DNA of 63,260 nt, counting the filler, from Collodictyon triciliatum (taxonomy: Eukaryota): the NCBI GenBank assembly GCA_043381765.1. It is 5 parts of 5 records of this genome, joined end to end, with 100 filler letters (N's around TTAATTAATTAA, not from the genome) between each part and the next. Parts side by side here need not be neighbours in the genome. Positions count along the whole stretch, not along the records: positions 13,269 to 26,434 come from JBHJMP010002039.1; positions 26,535 to 38,540 come from JBHJMP010002040.1; 3 more parts are not named here. One strand, given 5' to 3'. Of the stretch, positions 13,437-27,375 are shown in pieces. Every line of letters starts with the position of its first letter. Within the stretch, counting starts at the first letter, position 1. Below the pieces are notes generated by a model. It was given only the letters and a program-made list of their open reading frames with translations, had not been told where the DNA came from and made no database searches. Made by a program: the position numbers and the translations under genes.

Positions 13437-16400
13437 ATGGATGTGTTGGAAGCGGATGTTCCGAAAAGGAGACCAAACCTGTCTCTGTCGTCAAAGAGGG
13501 CTCGTGATTCAAATGGTTCTTTATCACAAAGCATCTCTCAAACTTCGACGCCGACCCTCAAGCTTGAAAATCTGTCATCGGCAAGCACTGAATTGAAGGG
13601 TTCTGCCTCTTTAGATGCAGGCAATATACACTGTTCTATATTGGCTAGTGAAGCTGTTGACCCAACCTGTGCCCAAAATGAGTTTCTGGATGCACCTATA
13701 CAGCTTTCTCCTGTCATTGACATTGTTCCGTTCTCTAAAGAATCGTCTCCTAGGAAGTTATCAGACCAACGCATGGCCTTGCAAGACAGAAACTCAAACG
13801 AAGTTCCAAAATCCCCAGCTGTCCCAAAACGAAAATTGAAGGGAGAATCCAACAAGGAGAATGTCAATAACGACGAAGATGGCACGGCAGTGCAGGTATC
13901 TTCAAAGAAGGCAAAGAAATCTACGTCTCCATCACAAAAGCCGCCCAAAGATGCCCTCAAAGTTCTTGAAGAATCCCCGGTACAGAAATTTGATGAGACG
14001 ATAGATTTATGTGACATCACCGACGAAGATACAAAAATTCTGAACGATGTGCATGCGGATGTTAAAGGCCAACCCATTCCTATCAGCACTAAACCAACGT
14101 CCCCATCCATTCCTTTTAAAGAACCACCGACTGAAAAAAGTGGAGCAAAGTCTACTACGTCTTGCGGATTCGGAGATGAACCTGCTGCCGATCCAAATTC
14201 GACGAATGGGGGAGCGGATGGTGGAGAATCATTAGCCTCTCTTGCAGATATATTTCGGCCATTCAAAAGTCCGGTCATTCTAAAACCTGTCGTATTTGAC
14301 GATCGCTATGGTGCTCCACCTCCTCCATTGGTGAATCGCCTGACAAAGACTTTGGGCTGTCGGAGACTACGCCCTCCACGTCCACTTCATTCTCCAAGCA
14401 TGCCCGATGCCTTCGTCCTATTCGTTCCAGAAGTGCAGCCCAGTCATACCGACCTACTGAAGCGACCGAAGGTGCCTATTGTGGTTGATCCCATCCTGGC
14501 TACGTAAGGAAACAATACAGTCCATTCAAGTAATCAGGCAAACTAGATAATATCATTCTTACATCTAGCCCTTTAACAGACGATAGATATATTCTGATCA
14601 TCAAATTCTTTATTGTTTCTGTTTCACACAACCATTAGAAAACTCCGCCCGCATCAAAAGGAAGGAGTTAAATTTATGTTTGAATGTCTCAGTGGAATGC
14701 GAAAGCCTGATTACTTTGGATGCATATTGGCCGATGATATGGGGCTGGGGAAGACTCTGCAAGGTGACTTTTCATTTATCTTCTAATTTGGTGCTTGAAT
14801 TGGATTTGTAGTTTAGTAGGTAACTTGCAAATTATTGGGAAAAAATTGAAAATAAAGTTCACTTTAGCGACTTCAAACGGACACTTCTTTTTTCTTTTTT
14901 GATTCGTTATAGCCATCACAGTTCTTTGGACTCTACTTCGACAGGGATTTGATGGCTATCCAACCATCAGGAAGGCTATTATTGTATGTCCATGTAGTTT
15001 AGTGTCAAACTGGCTGAAGGAGATGTATAAATGGGGTGTTCCAATCCAAGCTGTAGCCGTTGACAAGCCAACCAGGGCAGAGTGTCAAAAGTGTATTGAG
15101 GATTACCAAAACTGTCAAAATATTCAAGTGATGATTATATCTTATGGTAAGCATTTTTTCTATTACAATTAAAATATCATACCAACCGTTTTATAAGCAT
15201 TTTGTTTCAATTTGTATAGCAAAAATCTGCGTAGTATAGTACTAAACTGATTTTTACAAAATACGCTTTGTAGAGACATTTCGAATTAACGCTCAAAGTT
15301 TACAAGATTGTCAAGTGGGACTGCTTATATGCGATGAGGGTTTCCTTTTGTTTTATACTTGAGCTATTTGAACACACAATAATAAGTTGCATATGATCTC
15401 TTAATCACCTTTATTTTGTATTCAGTTATATATGCGTTTAGGACACCGATTGAAAAATGCCGAAAATCAGACAACCCAATGCATAGCTGCGTTAAATACG
15501 AAGAGGAGGCTTGTAATCACAGGAACACCTCTTCAGGTAATATGGAACCTCCCTTAAGTATGAATTTCAAAAGGAAAGTATGTGGGTGGGAATGAAATCT
15601 GTCCAAGTGTAATTATGACAATAATAATAATAATATTCGCCAGTGCCTTTATGAAAAAAACAAAACTTTTTGGTCACGATAATTAACGACACTTTTTTTC
15701 TCAAATAGAATAATTTGACAGAGTTTTACAGCATGGTGAACTTTTGCAACCAAGGCATACTTGGTTCCAGTGCTGATTTCCATTCTAAATACGAAGTCCC
15801 TATTCTTCAGGCGCGCGACTTGAATTCCACAGAGGAAAAAAAGTGACAATTTATTATCCTTTACTTGTATTTTCCTGTTGCTTATCATTTCACTAATCCC
15901 ACTTAAATGAAACTCGAAGTGATTTTTTTATTTTCTAAATATGCAAAATATAGAAGTAACAATACTACTTTATTCAATCAATTAAAGAAAACTTGCAGCT
16001 GGGAGACTGGATGAACTTTTCCAAATAATGAACGTGTTTTTATTGAGGAGAACAGCAGCGAGCATCCTAACGAAACATCTTCCACCAAAGGTTTATTTTT
16101 TTTTCAACCGTATTACCCTTAAATGGGACACACGATGATAAATTCACAATACTTTTTTCTTCTTTTTTTTATTTTTATTATTATACCCCCATCATATTTA
16201 AAAGAGAAGCGCATTTGTTTCCTGTGAATTGGTGCCACCAAATCCTCGAATGTATATTCCCCATGCAAATCACTTGTGTGTTCCTTTTTCCATTAGGTGG
16301 AACAAATCATATTTTGTAAGGTCACTGATTTGCAAAAAGATTTGTACACCGCCATATTATCTTCAAAGTCTGCCAAACGCGCTATGCAGGGAGAAAAAAG

Positions 16401-18580
16401 TCAAGCCCTCCCGACTATTCTCACCCTTCGGAGACTCTGTAACCACCCAAAACTAATTTTACAAGGTTATTGTGATTTTTATTTTAGCTGCTTGCTTTTT
16501 ATAATGACAATATAAGTCTCAATAGTATAGTATTTTCACAAGCAGCGTGCCTTTTCACTCGCGTATATAATTGCATACAAATACATGTCTATGTTGGCGC
16601 AGAAAAACCAGACGCCAAAGACAGCGACGTTCAAAGCGCCTTCCCAAAGTCATTCCATAAAAACCCGGACGACCCGATACACTCCGGAAAGATGCTGATT
16701 CTGGCACACATGCTAAAATACATCAAGGAGCAGACATCTGACAAGGTCCGTTTCTCAATTACCTTGTCTCGCACCATTAATGACACATGTATATCCAGCC
16801 GAAATGAATGCTGCTGTTACTGTTCTCAGCAGTGCAAGTAGAAAGAATGAAGTGGAAAATCGGGCCCTTGTACTCACCTCTCATTGATTGTTACAGATTC
16901 TCCTTGTGTCCAATTTCACAGAGACCCTCGACTACATCCAAACATTCCTGCAGTCCAAAAAGTATGTTGCTTCATTGTTTTCGTTCCTCCTGCTCATTGC
17001 AGTGAACTCCACATTCGTTTCCATATTGCGTCTCTCTTTTTCTCTTCAAAATACACACGGACTTACCTTCTTCACCCGACTGCCGCGCTTCTATTTCAGG
17101 TATTCGTTCGTCCGCCTCGACGGCTCTACAAAAGTCTCACAGAGGCAGCGTCTGGTGGACAAGTTCAACGACCCCGCGGGAAAGGAGTTTGTCTTTCTGC
17201 TCTCCAGCAAAGCAGGCGGATGCGGCTTGGTCTGCTGTGCTTTCTCCTTACGTCACCGACCTCTCCACTCAATCTTTTTCTTTTCTTTTATTTTCTTTTA
17301 TTTTTTTTTATTTTTTTTTATTTTTTTACTATGTCGTCATGTCAGGTTCACCCTTTCGTTCCTCTTTTTCTATTGTGAGCCCCATACAAGAACATCTTTG
17401 TACCTGATGTACCATATCAAAGATATCATTTCTTTATTTCCTTTTTTTTATAACATGTTAATCTAACGCCTCAGAATCTGGTGGGTGCGTGTCGCTTGGT
17501 GTTGTACGACAGCGACTGGAATCCGGCGAACGATGCACAGGTTCATTTGCGCTTGTCCATACCAAAGATGATATCATGTGTCTGTTCTCTCCGTGGTGTT
17601 TTTCTGTGGCTCCATTTTTTCCTTTCTCCCTTTCTCTTTTTCCTTTTTGTCGGCCCATAAGCACTGCTCGGTATACAATTAAGCTGCTCTTTGAACGCAG
17701 GTACTCGCACGTGTGTGGCGCGATGGGCAGAAGAAAGACGTGTGGATATACCGACTGCTGTCCACAGGGACGCTGGAGGAGAAAATCTACCAACGCCAGG
17801 TGTTCAAGGAAGGGCTCCAGACGTCGATAGTTTCCGAGGTTGGGTTGTTTTGCGTGCATTTTTTTTTACCATTATTATTTCACAGTATTATTATCATCAT
17901 TTTCATTTCTGTTGTTGTTGAAGAGTGCGGGTGTGGTATACATCGTAACAATCTAGAGAGAGAGAATGATTCGCTCACCCCCCTGCTCGGCACACAGCAA
18001 CGCAAGAACGAGGATGAGAAAGAGTACGACATGGACAACCTCCGAGCACTCTTCCAGCCCCTCAAGGAAACCACGCTGAGCGAGACGCACGACAAGCTCT
18101 GCTGTCCATGCGGTGGCCACGCGGCTGGGCGGCGGCGGATTCTTTTCAAGTATGTTTTTACTCATCAGATGCCATCTCAAGCGAAATCATGGCAACCTAG
18201 TGAAAGAGAGTAGTGGTGGTGATCGACGGTGCGTGATGGATTGTCCATGATGCGTGATGGATTGTCGATTATGGGTGATGCGAGATGGATTGTCCATGAC
18301 GCATGCTGGGTGGTGCGTGATGGATGATGGATTGTCGATTATGGGTGATGGATTGATGACAAATTGATGACAACGCAGGACCGGCTGGGAACACTATCGC
18401 GACATCAGCGAGGCGCACGACCCGTCGCTGCTGACTGGGGCAATCTCGTTCCTGTTTCGCAGGCGCATCGAGGCACAGGATGTTTCGGCCAGCGAGGCAA
18501 AGAGTCTCGACGAGTCCGATGGAGCGCAGGTGTCTGCGTGTGCTGCCGAGGATGCGGCCCAGTCTGCGGTGGACGCGTGA
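13437..18580 (+). CDS. RAD54: DNA repair and recombination protein Rad54/Rad54B (SNF2 family), multi-exon
   Basis: Spliced motifs: [145 protein letters not shown]. Stop TGA at 18578-18580. Confidence 0.93.
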
Positions 18581-19321
18581 GGCCCTCCCTTTCTCCTCGC
18601 TTCCTTTTGGTGCAGCCACATCGCCCTCTCCAGCATTCCTTGGGTGCAGGGTTGTCCTATTGTTTGTGTAATGTGCATATTGCCTCGCGGGTTCTTTGCT
18701 TGCGTCCTCGCTCTGCTGGCGGATTAAAAGACGGGCTTCTGCCTTTATGTGCTCTATTATCCCGCGTGCTGCTTCGTTTGTTTGCTTTTCGCTTTCGTTT
18801 ACTGCCTTCCCCTTTTTTTTTCTTTTTTTTTCTTTTTGGGTGAGGCTGTTTGGATTCTCTTCGCCTGCGTGCGGATTCCGGCAAAACGGTGGAATACACA
18901 ACGCTACCAGCGCCAAAACACATTGTGAAATCAGTCCTCGTGTTCTATGGAGAAGAGTGTGTTGCTTTTTCCTCGGTAATGTTTCTTTATTTGACTTTGG
19001 CGTGGTTTGGTATGCGTTGCTTTCTGCTGTGGGCTTTTGCTTGCGGCGAGGTGGGTGTGACTGTGCACAGTGCAACCGAGCGCCTGAAGAAGTGTTCTTT
19101 GGTAGGTCATCAGCCTGATCCATGGGGGTCGGAACTCGTTTGAGACAGTGGCTCCTCAGTCTGTGGCATGTTGAGGAGACTCCTGGGGACTTCTACGCGC
19201 TTAAGGTGGGAAAAAGAGAACGAATTCGAGGTTTGTTCTCTATCCTCTTATTTCTCAGGCCATCCTGCACGAATCGAGAGGAATCGTAAACAAAAATGCA
19301 ATACGATAAGAGAGGGGTGTT

Positions 19322-19472
19322 CGCTTTTTCTTCGCTTTTTCTTCGCTTTTTCTTCGCTTTTTCTTCGCTTTTTGTTCACTTTTGTTCACTTTTGTTCACT
19401 TTTGTTCACTTTTGTTCACTTTTGTTCACTTTTGTTCACTTTTGTTCACTTTTGTTCACTTTTGTTCACTTT
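19322..19472. repeat. Decamer tandem repeats, (TTTTCTTCGC)n then (TTTTGTTCAC)n
   Basis: Seen directly. Confidence 0.9.
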
Positions 19473-19508
19473 TTGCTCCTTTATCTCGCGAATTATATCG
19501 GCATAGAA

Positions 19509-21020
19509 ATGGAGCCGCTCGTTTCAGAGAAAGTTGGAGGTGAAATAAGGCATATCGGCTTTGTATATCGCTCAGTCGTTTACATGGCGTTGCCTGTCAT
19601 TGAGCTATTTAACTTCTTAAATGACTTTGAAAAGACATCTGACACAAGAAAAGAGCAGGAATGGTTCGTCTCATCATATATGACTTTTTTTTAAAATTGA
19701 TTTTATATAGGTTGATATCTTACGAGTATTTTAGTGCGGTATATTTTTTGAAAATGTTTATCACTCTAAATCAAAATGATAACAAATTATATCGTCAAAA
19801 ATAAAAGTGCCAACATCACTATCATTTTGAACAAATTGAAAGGAAGGATAAAAAAAATCGTCAAAAATAAAAGTCGAGATTTCTTTTCGTTGAAGGAAAA
19901 CAATACCATAAAACTCGATTGATTGTTCCTGTGGCAATGTGTTGTAACAAGGTTTATCCATCAAAAGTGCATCCAGTCTAAAACTACTCTTTCTTCAAAG
20001 GTATAGGTTTGCCTCATTCTTAGGATTAATTCCCCTCTTTGTGGCGTTTGTCACATACGAACTTAACTATGCAAAAATCGTAGTTTACTATTGGTTCATG
20101 CAATATGGGTATTTTTTTAAAATAAAATCACAATAAAATCTGTTACGATTATGCCTTGCATAAGATTTGTAAGAAACTGTCATTATTTTATTTTTATGCA
20201 ATCAAAACAATTCTATTGTAGAATTATCATTGACTTCAAGACTGTCCCCGTGTTGAAAGACCCTTCGACACTCACATCCCTCGGGTATGTACTCTTTTTT
20301 GCACCAGGCTCGCTAATATTTGTGCCAACCTGGTTCGACTGGTTCGAGGTTGTTATGAATTTGCTCGTGTTTCTCACAATCGCACTGACACTGTCTGACA
20401 CGGAGTCCGAGTTCCTAAAACTTAAGGAATTGACACAAGTAATTAAACAATATTGAAAACATTTACATTACTTCTAGTAAGAAGTAATCTTTGACCAAGA
20501 TGACGAGGATATGTCAAGAAAATTAAAAATATTTACGTGCAAAACAGACTGTCAAAATGGAGCAACTATCAAACTTTGTTTTGGTCCCTGGCGATTGTGT
20601 GTACACTTTCTTTCAAACACAAATACGACAGAATCATTTCAAACTCAAGGATTTGAAAACTCGGATTCGAGAATCTGGACAAAAAGTATACCCTCTTTCT
20701 TTTTTTTCTTTTTTTAACTATCTTTCAACCCCATTTTCATTCAGGAGTACGTTGAATATTCGTTTTCTTGTACTTTTAGTGGGGTCTTACTATATATAAC
20801 CTTTTAACAGGTCACCTGGAAGGATTTTGTGGAAGAAAGTGTATCGATCGGGATTAGCGATTTTGCATCATTTTATGATGAGCAAGACTGGAGAAGTATA
20901 AATTGTGAGCCTTTTTCTCTTAAGGGAGTTTTGGGCTACCTTTGCTACACTGAGCGTCCCATTGTGTCATCATTTGCCGAAAAAATGAATCGCAGTGATT
21001 GGATATCACATGCATTAAGC
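19509..21020 (+). CDS. Hypothetical multi-exon protein, possibly a pseudogene
   Basis: Exon-like blocks MEPLVSEKVGGEIRHIGF..EQEW, IIIDFKTVPVLKDPSTL and VTWKDFVEESVSIG..WISHALS with AG/GT boundaries. No family recognised. Confidence 0.3.
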
Positions 21021-21246
21021 GTAATTGATTTTCAAATACTAACTGAGTGCATAAAATCTATCTTCGCTTTTTCGTATCGTTTTTCGTGGATAACATTTGA
21101 TGTTCTTCAATACGTAGGATGTATCGTGAAGAAAACAAAGCTCGAGTGTAAGTGTACAGAGAGAAATACATATTGTAAGCTTCAGACTTTATGACTACGT
21201 AGAGCCGATTCTTTGAAAAAAAGGAGAAAATGATAACTTACATTTC

Positions 21247-21338
<92 letters not shown>

Positions 21339-22128
21339 CTTGCCTCAAAAACAATAAAGACTCTGATAAAACAATATTATACAAAGGCATTCATGTATGC
21401 TTGACCGGTTTTCTTTTCTGTGAGCAATTAATTTATCCTTCTTGCTGCTAGCAATTTTAACTTTCTCTTAGATGTACATTTTTTTTGGGTATAAAACAAC
21501 AATCATTTACGTCACGAGAATGCTCGCCTGGGTGGTACGTACTGAGAGGCTCGATAAAAGTAGTTTCCTTCCCTTAAAATTTTTTGTTATCAGAACTTGC
21601 TCCAGTCTTCAAAAAGGAGTTTGTGAGGAGCATCTGATTGAAAGCATTCTTAATACCGGAATAAGAAATAACAAATTGTGTAAATGAGATGTTTGATACA
21701 ACATAGAATAAACATTTTACTTTTGCTTTCTCCCGTTTGTTATTTCGGGGTATAAACATCGGCACAACCAGGTTTGCCCAGGAGATTCTTTGTGTGATTT
21801 TGTTCCAGAATCATCGCGAGTTTATCAGTGGATATGATAGCAACGCGCTCGGGGACTACTTGGCGAGTGATGGATTTCATTATCTTTCTTTATGTATCCT
21901 TCCTTTCACTTTGTGCGAGTGCTAGTGATGGGTCGAGCTATTCAATTCGTCAAGAGTTGTCCCCACGCCTTGTAATTTGTAGGTTTGTGAATCGTGAGCG
22001 GCACGGTCTGAAAGCTGAGGGTGAGGTACCTACAGAGAAGTCATATGCTTTATATGTCGTTAGACTGCCACTGTGTGCAAAATTGGTGTTGCTCGTGGCT
22101 TCTTGTTGAAATTAAAACGAAATAGCCT

Positions 22129-22180
22129 CCTTTGTATGGCATAACCTCGCTGCACTTTGAATCGAACAAAGGGAAAAAAA
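22129..22180 (+). mobile_element. Short 3' end of LINE family A
   Basis: CCTTTGTATGGCATAACCTCGCTGCACTTTGAATCGAACAAAGGG followed by an A tail. Confidence 0.75.
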
Positions 22181-22720
22181 TATCTTAGATGGCAGATATT
22201 TTATCCTTCAGTGAATATTATGGTGGTTGCCCGGGGTCATTTGGGGCTCTGGTTTAGCTTTGCTTTTGAGGGACGCAAAATCCCGCATGCACCCTTTGCC
22301 AAAAAAAAAAAATGAAATGAAATGAAATGAAACGAAATGATGAAATTCTGATGCCACAACAAGAATTATTTACTCTTCCAGATAAGGTATGAATAAGGAG
22401 CTTACATGCCATTCTGGGTGCGCAAAACAGCACAAAACCGCACAGCAAAAAGCCTCAGCAGGATATACGGGAGACTCTCTTTCGCTATCCCAGCAAACGA
22501 TCGCTGCTGCTCGGCTCTACCAACACGAGTAAACCCGCAGCATTGCAAGCAGAGCCATTCTGTTCTACCAGAGATTGCATTCTCTATCCTTACTACCTTT
22601 TTTTCTTTTTTGAATCCTGACCAGCTTTGCTCACCACACAAAAACAATCCCGTACATCGCAGTAGAAAAGCAAGAAAAGCAGATAAAAGAAGGTTGGTCT
22701 GGCTGCGCTCTTTGCCGAAG

Positions 22721-25089
22721 ATGAATGCTGTCAAGCTTCCAACACGCACGGCTTACGGCTCAACCCCACCCACTTCTCTGGTTCCGCCAATTATTCTTGC
22801 CCCAAGCGTTCTTATGAACGAAACAGACAGCGAGGACGAGATTTACGACCTGAAGGACTCACCAAAGATCAAAACAGCACAAACTACACGCTCTGTGCAG
22901 AGTTCAGGCAACCTTCCACAGTCAATACAAAAGGCATCTGTTGCCTTCTTTCTCCCACCAAGTGACAATGCAAATACGAATTCTCCTTCTCCCGCAAAAG
23001 TCCAGCCATTATTTTCCTCGTCCTCTTCTCCATCACGGAGCATTCCAAGCAAAGCACAAAATCTGTTTTCAAAGAGAAGTGATGTGCTCCCTGCTGTTGC
23101 GATGAATCAGAGTGTCACACCTTCCAAAAAGCATGGAATTCGGCCATCAGGATTCACGCCAGACTCAGCGGCTCCAAGGAATACTCCACGCAGGTCTGTC
23201 TCCACTGCCGCTCCCCCCTTGCAAAATACCCCACTTACGAGCCGCTCGAGAGTTTCGACGCCAACATCAAGCCGCAGAAGGAATAAGACCAGTCGCTCAG
23301 AACGGAACCGCACAGGAACGCCAGAAGCCATCAACGTGTGGTTTTTTTTCCTTATTATCATTTCTTTGCCTCACACTCAGGTTCCAATTATGCGGCTGTG
23401 TATCTACATATTTGCTTAATTAGCCATTATCTAGAGTCTACAAGAAATCCTACTTCATGCGAAACTTACCCATGGTAAGACTACCCTTCATTTCGCTGCG
23501 GAGAGACTGAGTGTGCAACAAATGTCTCTTCTTGTGAGGAATGAAGTGGATTTAAACGTGGACTTGCTTGACGTGAACAAAACCACACCACTGATGATTG
23601 CTGCAGCCCGTGGCCGCGTTGAGATGCTGGAGTTGTTTCTTTCTATGGGCGCTCGCCTCTCTCTTCAAAACGACCGAGGGTGGACTGCACTGCACTTTGC
23701 GTGTATGAATGGGGCAGCAGCATGTGTGGATTCCTTGTTGCGTAGGAATGTCAACGTGAATGTAAAATCTCTTGATGGATGGGCCCCTATTCATTGGGCA
23801 GCAGTATGCACATTTCTACAATATTATATTCTACCACATTTTTCATAGATAATAATGTTCCTAAGAGAGAAAAAACTAAACAAGATAGTATAGTGTTTTA
23901 TTTCGTTATTTCTCTTGGATAGACTCACGGAAAGCACATGATTGTGAAGATGTTGCTCGATAAAGGAGCCGATATTGATGCATCTACAAAAGATATGCGA
24001 ACTCCTTTGCATCAGGTGAAAACANNNNNNNNNNNNNNNNNNNNNNNNNNNNNNNNNNNNNNNNNNNNNNNNNNNNNNNNNNNNNNNNNNNNNNNNNNNN
24101 NNNNNNNNNNNNNNNNNNNNNNNNNNNNNNNNNNNNNNNNNNNNNNNNNNNNNNNNNNNNNNNNNNNNNNNNNNNNNNNNNNNNNNNNNNNNNNNNNNNN
24201 NNNNNNNNNNNNNNNNNNNNNNNNNNNNNNNNNNNNNNNNNNNNNNNNNNNNNNNNNNNNNNNNNNNNNNNNNNNNNNNNNNNNNNNNNNNNNNNNNNNN
24301 NNNNNNNNNNNNNNNNNNNNNNNNNNNNNNNNNNNNNNNNNNNNNNNNNNNNNNNNNNNNNNNNNNNNNNNNNNNNNNNNNNNNNNNNNNNNNNNNNNNN
24401 NNNNNNNNNNNNNNNNNNNNNNNNNNNNNNNNNNNNNNNNNNNNNNNNNNNNNNNNNNNNNNNNNNNNNNNNNNNNNNNNNNNNNNNNNNNNNNNNNNNN
24501 NNNNNNNNNNNNNNNNNNNNNNNNNNNNNNNNNNNNNNNNNNNNNNNNNNNNNNNNNNNNNNNNNNNNNNNNNNNNNNNNNNNNNNNNTTTTTTTTCTTT
24601 AGAATAATCTTTTGATTTTTTTTTCTGTTTTAATTCCATAAATTTGCAGTAATCCAGCAAAGAATCGGACTGCTACAAACCCTATGCTCCAAGGGAGCAA
24701 ATCCAAATGTATTGGATGATGAAGGAGGAAACCTCTTGCACTTTGCGGTCGATTATGAATCCAACTCCATGATCCCATATTTGATGCAGAATTTTCCTGC
24801 TTTCATTGAGCAGACTAATGGGTGATTGCATTGTAACATCATCTTTATCAACATCCCGAACCTAATACTTGAAATCATATGCATTGTTGATTGTTCAGTC
24901 TTTTTCTTTCTTTTTTCTTTCTTTTTCTTTCTTTTTCTTTCTTTTTCTTTCTTTTTCTTTCTTTTTCTTTCTTTTTCTTTAATAGCTTTTTTTTTCTTGT
25001 GGCATGATAGAGAGGGTCAGACACCGATTGAGATGGCACAAGACCTTGGAAGAGACGAGCCCTTCGACTTAATGAAGGCTGAGGTCTGA
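22721..25089 (+). CDS. Ankyrin repeat protein with a Ser/Pro-rich disordered N-terminus
   Basis: GKTTLHFAA, KTTPLMIAAARG, GWTALHFACMNG, GWAPIHWAA, MRTPLHQ, GGNLLHFAV, GQTPIEMA. GT-AG introns; spans the N gap 24025-24588. Confidence 0.88.
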
Positions 25090-26360
25090 ATTACTCTCGC
25101 ATGACTCATACTAACTCATGTTTTTATTCATTTCTCTTTATATTTTAATACTCTTTACAAAAAAAATCAAAGAAATTTTACAAGGTTCTATCGGTATTAT
25201 TCCTCCAGATAAAAAGCATGCAAGCAAAAGATGCTAAACTTGCCAACGCACGAAGGAGGAAATCAAATCGTGGCCAAGCATGAACTGGGGTTTATATCCT
25301 TGCAGCTTTCTAGAGATAATGAATTTCAGATATGTTATATGATTTTATTCGGCCGCAATATCTGGGTGTTTAACATACCGTGGAATGAAAGAAATCGAGT
25401 GTATTGTGTACACACGACAGCAGAGCCTTTTGTGTTTGTACCGTTTATGATTAAACAAAACAAAAAAAACCATTTGTAACATTGACTATCTCGTTAGTAT
25501 ATGGTACAGTGTGTCCAATGGAAATATGATTGGCTTTAATCCAAAGGGAAAAATGAAAGAAAAAAAGTACCATATTGAATGGGAAACTGCAAATTGAATC
25601 ACACCAAAAGCAAAAAAAAAAAAAAGTGAAAGAGGGTTGCCGATGCGCTGCATGTCTAATTATGGAATTTATTATAATAAAATATAAAGATATCAAAACA
25701 TATGTGTATAGATCGATGTAAAATGATTATATATAATTAATATAGAATAATTATTTTTATTTAAGCGCGTGATACATCGCAATTAATGTGTTCACATTTT
25801 GTGACAATTTTTTTGAATGCCGTTCTTTTTGATCTAAGCAGCCAATCAATCATAGCCACGACATCGGCACCAAATAAAGCTATAATCTGAATAAAGGATT
25901 GATTTATAAAGAAACGAAGCTACGCAATTCAAGAAAAAATTTCATTCTCTTTTTTACAATTGTGGAATACCTCGAAGACCACATGACAAAGGTATAAATT
26001 ATATTCTGACGTCATTCATGAAATCGACAGAAGCGCGCCAAAACAAACAAACAAGCAAACAAATTCTCACCTCGGAAATATTTTAGGAATTTTTCTTCTC
26101 GATGGGTACTTAAAGAAAATGCATTTTCTAATTCCCTGGGGTTGGCTGCCCAGCCTATAAATAGTCGGCTCCCTGGGGCGTTTGAAAGAATCTATTTTAC
26201 TTAACAACCCACAAATCAGTAAATCCGCCCGTCCCGCCCCGTCCCGCCCACAGCCCGCCTACCAAAGTACGTCGTTTAATAACACCACCAATCTCTGACA
26301 TGCGCCGAACTTCACGAACCACTCACCGAGACAGCACGTGAACCAAAACCCCCCAAACAG

Positions 26361-26414
26361 ATGGTGTCCCTCGCCACTAAGCTCGTTGTGCTGCTGGCCT
26401 TCGTCGCTGCCGCC
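26361..26414 (+). CDS. First coding exon of a second trypsin-like gene copy, cut by the contig end
   Basis: Encodes [18 protein letters not shown], the same signal peptide as the gene at 27376. Sequence ends at the linker at 26435. Confidence 0.7.
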
Positions 26415-26849
26415 TCTGCCTGTGCGTTTGTGTCNNNNNNNNNNNNNNNNNNNNNNNNNNNNNNNNNNNNNNNNNNNNTTAATTAATTAANNNNNNNNNN
26501 NNNNNNNNNNNNNNNNNNNNNNNNNNNNNNNNNNAAAAGAGAAAAAAAAAAAAAAAAAAAAACCATTTAAAAAAAAAAACACCAAAAAAAAGAACACCAA
26601 AAAAAAAAAAAAAAAAAAAAAAAGAGTGAAAGAGGGTTGCCGATGCGCTGCATGTCTAATTATGGAATTTATGATGATTCTATAATTTTGATATTGATAG
26701 GGGATTTTCAATTTTATTTTCTTCATTATTCAAATCACATTATACAAATATAACAACTGTAAGAGAAACAGGCCTTTCTTAAACTCCAATTAAGATGTTC
26801 CACATTCAGCGTTTGTTGTTCGGAGTAAGATAAAATTTGTTTTGCGAAT

Positions 26850-27275
26850 AGCAGCCAATCTATCGTAGCCACGACATCGACACCAAATAAAGCCATTCAC
26901 TGAATAAAGAATATATTATAAATGGAAGTTATAAAAAATTAAGTATGCTATTCAAGAAAAAGTTTCATTCCTTTTTCTACATTTGCGGAATAGCTGGAAG
27001 ATACTCATGAGATGGCGATATATATGTTGAGGCGCGCGCTTGAGAAGCAAAACCAGTGAAGCGAAAAACGGTCATAGGAGCCCTTGCCCCAGGTAGAATA
27101 TCATGATTATTTTTTTATTCTCGGCAGGGTACATAAACGAAACGCATTTTCCAATTCCCTAGGGTTGGCTGCCCAGCCTATAAAAGCTGAGTCGAAGGGA
27201 GCCTTCTCTTTGCGCTCGATGGCCAAGAATTAGAAAAATCCGCCCGTTCTGCCCCGTCCCGCCCACAGCCCGCCT
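26850..27275 (+). promoter_or_regulatory. Putative Pol II promoter of the trypsin gene (CCAAT, TATA, CCGCCC boxes)
   Basis: AGCAGCCAATC at about 26850, CCTATAAAAG at about 27177 and a CCGCCC cluster at 27240-27275. All are kept in the diverged duplicate (about 25838, 26154 and 26225-26258). Confidence 0.5.
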
Positions 27276-27375
27276 ACCAAAGTACGTCGTTTAATAACAC
27301 CACCAATCTCTGACATGCGCCGAACTTCACGAACCACCCACCGAGACAGCACGTGAACCAAAACCCCCCAAACAG

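Noticed and set aside
21249-21336. Long poly(A) run as a retrocopy tail
   Set aside because: No family A or B terminus before it and no clear flanking direct repeat.
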